IMG/VR virus record: IMGVR_UViG_3300027708_000024
Source: a virus
Direction: 5' to 3' (one strand)
DNA: 64,000 nt
This document shows, piece by piece, positions 35,631 through 44,563 of this stretch. The position numbers and the translations under genes are program-made. The number at the start of each line of letters is the position of its first letter. Position 1 is the first letter of the stretch. The notes under the pieces are model-generated. The model did no database searches and was not told where the DNA came from. It saw nothing but the letters and a program-made list of their open reading frames with translations.

Positions 35631-35830
35631 CTACGTCTTTCATTGTTCCTTTGTTTTATTTTTTCATTCTCTTCCTCAATGTGTTGAATCAACATAGAAA
35701 CATAAATGTCTCTTTCCCATGGTATCATATTCTCAAGTTCAAACAAACTATATTTGTGATGCTGCATCAATGAAAAGTTTGTTTTATAATAATTTCTTAA
35801 ATTATCATGACAAAAGGTTAGACGAAAAAA
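35627..35830 (-). CDS. gp51: Baseplate hub assembly protein gp51-like, probably made as a -1 frameshift fusion to gp26
   Basis: RLTFCHDNLRNYYKTNFSLMQHHKYSLFELENMIPWERDIYV.ML...EEEN...*; not in the ORF track. Confidence 0.85.
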   Translation of the reverse strand, partial: FFRLTFCHDNLRNYYKTNFSLMQHHKYSLFELENMIPWERDIYVSMLIQHIEEENEKIKQRNNERRR

Positions 35831-36543
35831 CTTTCAAGTCCTTCCACATCAATCTTATGATCAAATCCACATTTGCCACATTTTACATCAATATTCTTAT
35901 TTAATTTTGGAAGATTTGTAAAGAATTCTTCTAACTTTTCAAATTGTGCTTGACTCAATGATTCAACAAATTCAATCAATTCTGATGGGTCTGCTTCTGA
36001 TGCATAGAAAAACTGTTCTCCGTCATAGATGTATTCGATTGATTCTGCAATCACATCAAATGCCAATTGTGTAGTCGATTCACTCTTGCTGGCACGTTTT
36101 AGTAAAGAGAATTCTGGATATTTTAATTTTACAGATAGTTTATCTGTCAGTTGAATCGTATCTTTAATATCATCATTCTTTTCTACTTTGATATCCAAGA
36201 TATTCACTTCAACATCCATCAGATTACCACATTCTTTATTCTCAACAATATTATTGCACTTGTATCTGTTCTCTACAACCTCACCAACTGATCTTGCACG
36301 AAGGTTTAAGAAGTAATATTCAATGTCGATAATAGGAAGTGCCTCAAAATTTATACCATCAGTCAATGTACAATTAATCAACACTTGTTTGATATTATTT
36401 TCGATTGTCTCAGAATCATCAGATTCGAGTGCCATCAATAAATTTCGTTGTTCTTTGACCAAGAATGGTCTAAACTTAATTTTTTTATTCGATAACGGTA
36501 AAGTCAATTCATATGTTGGTGCGTCAATTTTTGGTAATGCCAT
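35818..36543 (-). CDS. gp26: Baseplate hub assembly chaperone gp26
   Basis: MALPKI..PTYEL.LP, FRPFLVKE, DIEY.FL.LRARSVGE, CGKCG, EGLESFF. Confidence 0.9.
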   Translation of the reverse strand: MALPKIDAPTYELTLPLSNKKIKFRPFLVKEQRNLLMALESDDSETIENNIKQVLINCTLTDGINFEALPIIDIEYYFLNLRARSVGEVVENRYKCNNIVENKECGNLMDVEVNILDIKVEKNDDIKDTIQLTDKLSVKLKYPEFSLLKRASKSESTTQLAFDVIAESIEYIYDGEQFFYASEADPSELIEFVESLSQAQFEKLEEFFTNLPKLNKNIDVKCGKCGFDHKIDVEGLESFFV

Positions 36544-36566
36544 TATTTTCTCCTAGTAATAAATCA

Positions 36567-37154
36567 TTAAATTCCTAAATCCATATTTGGATTAGCAATT
36601 CGTACTCTTTCTTGTGTATTTTTCCAAGATTTGTACACAAAAGTCACAACTAATTTATGATGCCCGTCTGCACTCCAATCTAAATCTAACTGATTGATAG
36701 AAACTGGATATGCTTGTTCTAATAAAACATCATATGATAAAGTATTGGTTAAATCATATTGTCTGATGCTGATATCTGTTGCGTATTCTTCTTTATATTT
36801 AAAATTGTATGTGTTGTTTGGGTTGATATAATTCATCCACCCATCAAAGAATGATTTTACTTGCATATCATCATTAACAATAAAGGTTAAATTCAAGTCA
36901 TTGTATGATACATGATAAGGAAACTTCTCAGTTGGTCCATATATCTTCTGTTCTGTCGTTGCAAATGTTCTTCCGGGAAGTTCTGCATTCTCACATCGTA
37001 AAGATAATACTTGATTTGTGATTTTACTTTCAAATCCCCGATCTAGCAAAGATGATAGCAATTCTGGTCTAATTGGAATATCAACATCAAATTTATTTGG
37101 GCGTGCCAATTCACTCTTAAAACTATCTCTAAATGCCTGTATGTTCCCTGCCAT
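36567..37154 (-). CDS. gp54: Tail tube initiator gp54-like (tube-protein fold)
   Basis: ARPNKF.V, CE.AELPG, FFD.W, Y..EY, AYP.SI, L.VTF.Y. Confidence 0.75.
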   Translation of the reverse strand: MAGNIQAFRDSFKSELARPNKFDVDIPIRPELLSSLLDRGFESKITNQVLSLRCENAELPGRTFATTEQKIYGPTEKFPYHVSYNDLNLTFIVNDDMQVKSFFDGWMNYINPNNTYNFKYKEEYATDISIRQYDLTNTLSYDVLLEQAYPVSINQLDLDWSADGHHKLVVTFVYKSWKNTQERVRIANPNMDLGI

Positions 37155-37750
37155 TATTGATTCCTTATTTGTTCTACGGATTCAGTCCAAACTTTCTTTG
37201 CCGTTGCTTTCTTAAATTGATGCACCGGTAAGAATGCCGCAACGTCCCATTCGTTTGGTTGGACTGCCACTATTTTGGATTCTATATGACTATAAAGATA
37301 CTTCTTAATGCACGGCTGCATTGCTTTAAACCGCTTAGAGGCGTTTAAAATGTTATAGGTGATTCTGAGTCGCACAGGTTCATCCGCATCGTTATACGAG
37401 GCATAGGACATCAATTGATCCAGAAAATTTAACCTGTAACCTAATGGCAAATAGTGCAGATTCATGCCAATAAACCCATCACCTTCTTTTTTTAATGGAA
37501 TTACCATTGGAAATACATCATAATAATCCAACGTATCTTTTGTTTTTGGATCATAATAAAAGTAATATAATCCACCTGTAACAAATTTTGTGGTTTGCCT
37601 AGATTTTTCTCTTGCAATCCCTTTAGACATGCTAGAAGAATTACGCAACCCGTTAGCGTTCTTCATCAACCATCGATATGCCTCTTTAGACATAGTTTCT
37701 AGTTGAAGGTCTGATTTTTGTTGCGCCAGTTTAGTTAATATAGAAGCCAT
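37154..37750 (-). CDS. gp2: DNA end protector protein gp2
   Basis: YDPKTK..L.YYD.FP, GF.G.NLHYLP, C.K.YL..H, W..A..LP..QF. Confidence 0.9.
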   Translation of the reverse strand: MASILTKLAQQKSDLQLETMSKEAYRWLMKNANGLRNSSSMSKGIAREKSRQTTKFVTGGLYYFYYDPKTKDTLDYYDVFPMVIPLKKEGDGFIGMNLHYLPLGYRLNFLDQLMSYASYNDADEPVRLRITYNILNASKRFKAMQPCIKKYLYSHIESKIVAVQPNEWDVAAFLPVHQFKKATAKKVWTESVEQIRNQ

Positions 37751-37762
37751 GATATATTTATG

Positions 37763-38197
37763 TTAGATTCCTAAGTGTTTTTCTGTAATAATCTTGAATT
37801 CCCAACCACGATCAAGGCAGAATTCTTCTGCTGCTTTCCATTTTGCGGTGTTGATTCCGTAAGTCACGACCTCATTGATATAGTGCTTTGTGACTCTTTT
37901 CTTCTTTTCTGGTGCAAGCGTTTGCCGTTCTGGTTTGACTTCAATTACCATAGTTCTTGTCTTTCCGTCTCTTGTTTTTACTTTAATTACAAAATCAGGG
38001 AAATATCGGTGAGTTCTTCCATCAACGGGAGATACATATGGTATGATTAATTCCTCTGACGCCCAGGACAGAATATCGTTATTGTTATCCAACCAAGTCA
38101 TAACTCGACATTCCCAGGATGAACGGTAGACAATATTATTTGCATCACCTACGTATTTCTGCGGGTTTTTTGGTTTGTATATTCCTCTATAAGCCAT
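37763..38197 (-). CDS. gp4: Head completion nuclease gp4
   Basis: KY.GD...IVYRSSWE, W.SEE..IPY, HRYFPDF, EVKP, N.AKW.AA, F.I.TE. Confidence 0.95.
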   Translation of the reverse strand: MAYRGIYKPKNPQKYVGDANNIVYRSSWECRVMTWLDNNNDILSWASEELIIPYVSPVDGRTHRYFPDFVIKVKTRDGKTRTMVIEVKPERQTLAPEKKKRVTKHYINEVVTYGINTAKWKAAEEFCLDRGWEFKIITEKHLGI

Positions 38198-38204
38198 ATA
38201 AATA
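38197..38204 (+). promoter_or_regulatory. T4-type late promoter for the baseplate operon
   Basis: TATAAATA 28 nt upstream of gp48. Confidence 0.7.
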
Positions 38205-38232
38205 TGTATATTCCTTCTTTTAAAGACAAATC

Positions 38233-39207
38233 ATGGCAACTAAGTACACGGGAAATCAAGGTCCATTAGGAAAACTCTATAGTAAAAATATTTTCTCATT
38301 TCTGAGTTATCCTAGGGATGTGCAAGATAAACCTCATTCTATTAAATTTTCTATATTATTACCTAGCAATAGTTCATATCAGAGTGTTGCGGCTTCAACT
38401 TCTTTAGAAACAGGGTTTGATTTTCTTGATGGTCAAAGAAAAACTAATATAACTGATGGTGGTCGTGCTTTTGGTATTGCTACAATAAAAAACACAAAAA
38501 GTGTATTGCAAGCTGCGATTACATTATATATGCCCGATACAGTCAATATGACTTATGGAGCAAGTTACCAAGAAGATAATCTTTCAGATTATAAATTACC
38601 ATTTTATGGACAATTAGGACTTAGTGCAAAAGATCAAATTATGAACCCAACTCAAGACTTCTTGTCGAATTTGGGATCGGCAGCACCAGAATCTTTGGCA
38701 GGTTTTCAACGAGCAAATCCGGGTCTGCCATTAGTAGGAAGTTTCAATGAGAACGTTCCGGTTGATATTCTGTTGCGAGAAAAAGGATTAGCAATCAACC
38801 CTCAAGTTCAAGTATTGTTTAAAGCTGTCGCACTGAGAACATTCCAATTTGAATTCTTGTTTACACCATATTCACAAGAAGAGGCAGCAAATGTTCAAGA
38901 AATCATAAAAGCATTTAAATTTCATGCTGCACCTGAAATTGGAAGGCCTGCTGGCGCAACAAACAATCCAAAAAATGCTGTATTCTTTGTTGTTCCTTCA
39001 ACATTTAAGATTGAATATCAGTTTAATGGTAAAATAAATGAAAACATCAATAAAATTGGTGAGTGTGTTTTGGAAAGCGTGACTGTCGATTATGCAACAA
39101 ACGGTTGGGTAACGTTTGAAGATGGTTCTCCTGTGCAAACAAGAATGACTTTACAATTTAAAGAAATCGAAATTGTTGATAAAGCAAAAGTTGATCAAGG
39201 ATTCTAA
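38233..39207 (+). CDS. gp48: Baseplate tail tube cap gp48
   Basis: LYMP, NP....LF....RTF.F.F.F.P.S.EEA..V..II..FK, C.L..V.VDY, P....MTL.F.E. Confidence 0.85.
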   Translation: MATKYTGNQGPLGKLYSKNIFSFLSYPRDVQDKPHSIKFSILLPSNSSYQSVAASTSLETGFDFLDGQRKTNITDGGRAFGIATIKNTKSVLQAAITLYMPDTVNMTYGASYQEDNLSDYKLPFYGQLGLSAKDQIMNPTQDFLSNLGSAAPESLAGFQRANPGLPLVGSFNENVPVDILLREKGLAINPQVQVLFKAVALRTFQFEFLFTPYSQEEAANVQEIIKAFKFHAAPEIGRPAGATNNPKNAVFFVVPSTFKIEYQFNGKINENINKIGECVLESVTVDYATNGWVTFEDGSPVQTRMTLQFKEIEIVDKAKVDQGF

Positions 39208-39209
39208 TA

Positions 39210-39824
39210 ATGAAATATTTTAATACACTACCCGTAATATTAAGTTCAGACAATGCAGGTAACGTAATTGCCTTAAAAAATCTATTGACCAGAGTTCACT
39301 TAAACAAAGATACTATTAAGAATCCTTTACTTTTTTATTCTTATGACATACAAGAAGGCGATACACCAGAAATCGTTGCACAAAAATATTATGGTTCTGT
39401 AGATTATTTTTGGGTTGTTATGTTTGGTGGTCAATTAATAGATCCAGAATGGGATTGGCCAATGAGTTCTAGAGTGTTTAGTGAGTTCATCATCGACAAA
39501 TACGGTTCAACCATTGCCGCCAATTCATTAGTCGATCATTATGAAAAAATTATTACCATTTCATCATCATTGAATAATGACCATACAACAGACATTGTCG
39601 TTATTGATGCAAATACATATACAAATACTATTGTGGAAACACATTCATATAGTGTCCCAACAGGAGAAGTAGTAACAATATCTACTGACAAACGACCAGT
39701 TACGGCATATGAAAACGAAACACTATTAAACGAAAAAAGAAGAAGCATTAACTTGATTAACGAAACCTATGTTTCCGTTTTAACACAACAATTTCAAACA
39801 CTTATGAAACCACCAATAAAATAG
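39210..39824 (+). CDS. gp53: Baseplate wedge gp53
   Basis: YF..LP, Y.I.EGDTPE.VA.KYYG, DWP, Y..E..LNE.RR.I. Confidence 0.9.
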   Translation: MKYFNTLPVILSSDNAGNVIALKNLLTRVHLNKDTIKNPLLFYSYDIQEGDTPEIVAQKYYGSVDYFWVVMFGGQLIDPEWDWPMSSRVFSEFIIDKYGSTIAANSLVDHYEKIITISSSLNNDHTTDIVVIDANTYTNTIVETHSYSVPTGEVVTISTDKRPVTAYENETLLNEKRRSINLINETYVSVLTQQFQTLMKPPIK

Positions 39825-41183
39825 ATGCAAAACGCACAACAATACAGCATTGAGAATGTAACTCTCATACAAAATGATGGTCAATTAAGAGAATTAAAAT
39901 ATTTGATAGTTGAATTATCAATATATGAAGATTTGTTTTCACCAACAATGACTGGTCATTTTACACTAACTGATGCTCAAGGTTTTATAGAAACTTTTGA
40001 TATTTCTGGTTTTAATTTTATAGAAATAACTTTTAGCAAAACGGGAGTAGATGATTTAAATAAAATTAAAAAAACATTCAGGGTGTATAAGATTGGTGAC
40101 AGAAAACAAAGTACAAGAAGTAGTGAAATATACACTATATTTTTCTGTTCAGAAGAATTGTTTATTTCCGAACAAACAAAAGTTGTAAAATCATTCAAAG
40201 AAAAACAGATTAGTGAAATAGTAAATTCAATACTTACCAATAATCTATCAGTATCTTCAAATAAAATTGGAACGATTGAACCAACAACTGGTGTTTATAA
40301 TTTTATTATACCAAATTTGAAGCCATTTGAAACAATCAATTGGTTATCAACATACGCAAAGTCAGCAGAAATTATAGAAAACAGAACAGGTGCCGATTTA
40401 TTGTTTTTTGAAAATAATAAAGGATTCAATTTTAGATCAATACAGTCAATGATGTATGAAGATTCCGTTGGAACGTATCATTATGATCCTCAAGGTCTTC
40501 CAAATCAAACCAGAGATTTAGAATATTTAATGACACGAATACTTTCGTACAAATTTGTAGAGACATTTGATACATTAAAACACATAAATTCTGGTTCTTT
40601 TGCAAACAAATTGATTGCTTTGGATCCAATATTAAGAACATCAACAATATCAGAATTTAAGTATGATGACTATTTTCCAAATTCAATATCATTAAATAAT
40701 TATGGTGTTACATCAAATTATAAAAACAGATTTAATAAAAGTGTTAGTGATACAACCGATGCCGTAGTTAAAGTTGCCACTTCAAATGCACAACAAAGAA
40801 ATTTTCCTTTGATTAAAAATGATTCTGTTGCATATGCTACTATTGCACCAAACATAGATATAGAGACCTATGTTCCATATAGAACAGCTCAATTATCACT
40901 AGCAAATTACACAAAAATTGAATTCAATATACCAGGTGATCCAAAATTAAAAGTTGGTGATGTTATTGAAATATTATTGCCGTCTTTATCCAACAGGGAA
41001 CAAAATGCAATAGATGCTATCGAAGATCCGTATTATTCTGGTTATTATTTAATTTCGGGAATAAGACATATGCTAGATGGAAGAGGTACTTATTTGTGTG
41101 TAGTCGAAGCAATAAAAGATAGTGTTTCAAGGGCACATATTGTTTATAATAATAGTGGAATGAAATCGGTGAGGGAAGCATAA
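39825..41183 (+). CDS. Baseplate hub protein (gp27-like)
   Basis: IYED.F...MTG, IPN..PF..I.WL, FFEN..GFNF.S, PGD..L.VGD, YSG.YLI. Confidence 0.75.
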   Translation: MQNAQQYSIENVTLIQNDGQLRELKYLIVELSIYEDLFSPTMTGHFTLTDAQGFIETFDISGFNFIEITFSKTGVDDLNKIKKTFRVYKIGDRKQSTRSSEIYTIFFCSEELFISEQTKVVKSFKEKQISEIVNSILTNNLSVSSNKIGTIEPTTGVYNFIIPNLKPFETINWLSTYAKSAEIIENRTGADLLFFENNKGFNFRSIQSMMYEDSVGTYHYDPQGLPNQTRDLEYLMTRILSYKFVETFDTLKHINSGSFANKLIALDPILRTSTISEFKYDDYFPNSISLNNYGVTSNYKNRFNKSVSDTTDAVVKVATSNAQQRNFPLIKNDSVAYATIAPNIDIETYVPYRTAQLSLANYTKIEFNIPGDPKLKVGDVIEILLPSLSNREQNAIDAIEDPYYSGYYLISGIRHMLDGRGTYLCVVEAIKDSVSRAHIVYNNSGMKSVREA

Positions 41184-41557
41184 TGTTAGAAAAGAATTTT
41201 ATAGGTAAGAATGGATTCATCTGGTGGATGGGAGAAGTCGTAAATCGATTAGATCCATTAGGTATAGGTAGATGTCAGGTAAGAATATTTGGTTGGCATG
41301 GTGATGGTTCACCAGAATCAAAAGCAAACATTCCTGATACAGATTTGCCTTGGGCTCATGCAATGCTTCCATTAAATTCATCAAAATCAATGTGTTCTCC
41401 GTGTGTTGGAGATTGGGTTGTTGGTTTCTTCTTTGATGGTGAATCAGCACAGGCACCATGTATGATGGGTGTACTTCCTGGGTTTAGTCAAGTAACATCA
41501 GGTGTTGGTGCAAACACTAAAGTTTATGGTACCTTACCTATAGGTTTTACAATTTAA
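41183..41557 (+). CDS. gp5: gp5 N-terminal OB-fold domain (stand-alone)
   Basis: F.WW.G.V..R.DP...GR..VRIFGWH, DLPWA, G.WV.GFF.DG..AQ.P..MG. Confidence 0.9.
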   Translation: MLEKNFIGKNGFIWWMGEVVNRLDPLGIGRCQVRIFGWHGDGSPESKANIPDTDLPWAHAMLPLNSSKSMCSPCVGDWVVGFFFDGESAQAPCMMGVLPGFSQVTSGVGANTKVYGTLPIGFTI

Positions 41558-41567
41558 AGGAAGGAAA

Positions 41568-42392
41568 ATGTCAAATTTCGTTAATTTAGCAGCAAGTGTA
41601 AACGGTGTCGAGACTGATCCACCACAAGCATCTACATATGGTGATGCAACACTAAAAGGTTTACCAACAACAACAAATGTTGGAAGAGGTATATATTATC
41701 AAACTGGCATTGGTGTTAGTAACAGTGCAAAATTTCATATTTGCGAACCTTTTGGTGCACCAGTAGCAAGAAATAATTACAAATATTTGGGTAATGGAAA
41801 AAGAATTCCCAACGTATCGTTAGGTGCACCAGGATTAGAAATAGGAGTGCTATTAAAGAGTGCTGCGATGCAAGAAATAATTGGTAAAATAAGAAAAGCA
41901 ATCGAAGATGCATTAGTATCTGATGCATTATCGCCCGTTCTTAGTCAAATTAAAGCGGCCGCCAAATATATTGTAGATGTATTAAAAGACATCAATTTCT
42001 TTTTGACACAATACATAGAAGCAGCAGCGCTTTTAATTGCCGCAGAAAGATATATTAATGGTCTAATTACTTTCATCAAATCACTACCAGCATTACTTGC
42101 AGATGCGTTAAAAGAATGTTTAGATGCATTAGTAAATTCATTGTCGTATGCATTGACATCGAATAGCACAATAGATAGTGGTGGTGTATTACAACAGGTT
42201 AGAGATTTACAAAGTAATCTTGCATTAGCAGAATCCGCAACACAACAGGTAATTAATGGGGCAAATGAAATTGTCAATAATTTTAATACTATTCCACAAA
42301 GTATAAGTGCAGGTTCAAATGCACTTATTAGTGCGATAAAAAATATTAAAAATAATCCACCAAAACCTATAGTGAACGTAAACATTATTTAA
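41568..42392 (+). CDS. Helical hypothetical protein between the gp5 fragments
   Basis: AAGGA SD; amphipathic helical C-terminal half. Confidence 0.65.
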   Translation: MSNFVNLAASVNGVETDPPQASTYGDATLKGLPTTTNVGRGIYYQTGIGVSNSAKFHICEPFGAPVARNNYKYLGNGKRIPNVSLGAPGLEIGVLLKSAAMQEIIGKIRKAIEDALVSDALSPVLSQIKAAAKYIVDVLKDINFFLTQYIEAAALLIAAERYINGLITFIKSLPALLADALKECLDALVNSLSYALTSNSTIDSGGVLQQVRDLQSNLALAESATQQVINGANEIVNNFNTIPQSISAGSNALISAIKNIKNNPPKPIVNVNII

Positions 42393-42401
42393 GGATATAG
42401 T

Positions 42402-43298
42402 ATGGCAAATCAATTACCTATCGGTAGTGTTTGGTTAACCTCAGAACAAAAACCAGGATCATATCCATATGTAAATGTTACACAAACGGAATCTGGTCAT
42501 TTTCTGATGATGGACGATACACCAGGAAACGAAACAGTACGATTGCAACATGGAAAAATACAACAGTTACAACTATCGGATTCAGGACCAACGACAAACG
42601 CAGCAACATATTTACGAATGATGCCTGATGGATCAATGGAAACAATTGTTACTGGAAATAATTTTACAGTAGTTGTTAATGACCATAACGTTAATGTTAT
42701 TGGTGTATGCAATATTACGGTTAATGGTGATTCTAAATTACATGTGTATGGTGACTGTTTTTCGCAAATTGATAGAAATTTAATTGCAAATATCAACGGA
42801 CAAACTAAAATCCATGCAGAAAAAAACGTCGATATGTCTTGTGCGGGAACAATAGCAATTTCAGCAGGAAATCAAAGTAGTTTACTTGGTGGAGATATTC
42901 GTCTGTCAGCATCAGGAACAGTTCAGGTAAAAGGCGACTTAAATGTAAGCGGTTCGATTACTAGTGCATCAGCAATTAATGCAGCAACAAACTTGACTGC
43001 TGGTTACAAATGCTATGCTATTGGTGGTTTAGAAACACTAGGTGGTGCAAATATTGGATTCTCGACACCAGGACAATATATTCCTACTGGCGTTCTAACT
43101 GCTTCATCATTAGTACAAGCACCACAAATTATTGCTGGTATAGGTAATGTAGGTTTGATGAAAACTATAATGACCAGTGATATGGGTGGATTCTTGTCTC
43201 AATTTAGAACAATATTTAATATTCATAGCAATCGTGGATATGGAAACGATATACCTGATGTAGGTACAGGACCAGCACCGATAGGTTTTACAATTTAA
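42402..43298 (+). CDS. gp5 C-terminal beta-helix spike domain (stand-alone)
   Basis: YPY.NVT.TESGH....DDTPG.E..R..H; V.G repeats. Confidence 0.85.
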   Translation: MANQLPIGSVWLTSEQKPGSYPYVNVTQTESGHFLMMDDTPGNETVRLQHGKIQQLQLSDSGPTTNAATYLRMMPDGSMETIVTGNNFTVVVNDHNVNVIGVCNITVNGDSKLHVYGDCFSQIDRNLIANINGQTKIHAEKNVDMSCAGTIAISAGNQSSLLGGDIRLSASGTVQVKGDLNVSGSITSASAINAATNLTAGYKCYAIGGLETLGGANIGFSTPGQYIPTGVLTASSLVQAPQIIAGIGNVGLMKTIMTSDMGGFLSQFRTIFNIHSNRGYGNDIPDVGTGPAPIGFTI

Positions 43299-43317
43299 TG
43301 TATATTATAGGGAATAA

Positions 43318-44163
43318 ATGATGGCAACAAATACATTTGACAGGTTTCATTATAATTTTGATAGCACTAAGTTTGGTGATGCAATTAATTTGTCTGACCA
43401 AAGTGTTAATGTATTGAATCAAATTACAACTAGCAGTCCAATTTCAGAATGGCAAAAAGTTGCATTGGCTAACGGTCCACTGAATAGGCGTGATTACTTT
43501 AAGAATCCTGTTGCTAATGTGACTTCTGATTTGATCGATACGTTGAATAGTTTAGCAAATACAGCAAACGGAGCAGTTTTTACCAATGATAGTGGAAATT
43601 TGCAATATAATCTTACGGGTCTCGGTGCAGAGAAAAGAATAAAACTATTACAGGCATTTTGGTCACATACAAATAATGTTTCTGGATATTCAGCAAATGT
43701 GGGGTCACAACTTTCTCCAGTTTATGATACGATAAAAGGTTTAGGAACTCAAACGACTATGATCCTAAATACAACAGATGGTGTATCCAATGCAATTGGC
43801 ATGTTAGGTTGTATGACTAGTTTATTCATTGGTGGTGAACTCACTGCAAATGTGGTTCAATTTCAACAGGCCAATACAGATATTGCAAATGGGTTAATTC
43901 AAACATTTTTTCCATCAGGTGTTAGTTGCAATATTTCAGCAGAAATGTGCAATAGTATTAATGTAGCATTGAATGGATTGAGTACAATGGTATATGACAG
44001 AATAAATGGTGATTGGTATTTTTATCAATCAGCAGGTTCAGTTAGCAAAGACAGTTCTTTTTTGAATCAGTTTTCAAGTTTGAGCAACACTCAAGAATAT
44101 TTGATTAAAAATCTGATTGGAACAGACAAATTGAAGGCAAATGTCATTACAAATGCAGCATAA
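43318..44163 (+). CDS. Hypothetical baseplate-associated protein
   Basis: Between gp5C and gp25. Confidence 0.6.
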   Translation: MMATNTFDRFHYNFDSTKFGDAINLSDQSVNVLNQITTSSPISEWQKVALANGPLNRRDYFKNPVANVTSDLIDTLNSLANTANGAVFTNDSGNLQYNLTGLGAEKRIKLLQAFWSHTNNVSGYSANVGSQLSPVYDTIKGLGTQTTMILNTTDGVSNAIGMLGCMTSLFIGGELTANVVQFQQANTDIANGLIQTFFPSGVSCNISAEMCNSINVALNGLSTMVYDRINGDWYFYQSAGSVSKDSSFLNQFSSLSNTQEYLIKNLIGTDKLKANVITNAA

Positions 44164-44170
44164 ATAACAT

Positions 44171-44563
44171 ATGGCAAACTTAACAAAAATATACTCAGAC
44201 ATCGATTTAACGTTTACCCGTGTTCCTGGGACCAATGATGTGGCCTTGAGTTATGACGAACAAGCAGTAATTCGTTCTGTTAGAAACATTTTATTGACTA
44301 ATCGGTTTGAGAGACTATTTCAACCTGATATTGGTTCTGCTGTTCAATTAATGTTGTTTGAGAATCTGTCTCCTTCTATAGCAAATACGCTTGAATTGGA
44401 GATAAAAACAACATTAGAAAATGAAGAACCTAGAGTATCATCTACGACTGTTAAAGTGACACCCGACTACGACAAAAACGGATATTATGTAAATTTAACG
44501 TTTTACATAGGAAATAATACGCAACCTACAGTGGTGGGTTTTCTTTTAGAGAGGTCTAGATAA
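44171..44563 (+). CDS. gp25: Baseplate wedge gp25
   Basis: YSDIDL.F, A...SVRN...T...ER.FQP..GS, EPRV; CATAAATA at 44159-44166. Confidence 0.93.
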   Translation: MANLTKIYSDIDLTFTRVPGTNDVALSYDEQAVIRSVRNILLTNRFERLFQPDIGSAVQLMLFENLSPSIANTLELEIKTTLENEEPRVSSTTVKVTPDYDKNGYYVNLTFYIGNNTQPTVVGFLLERSR

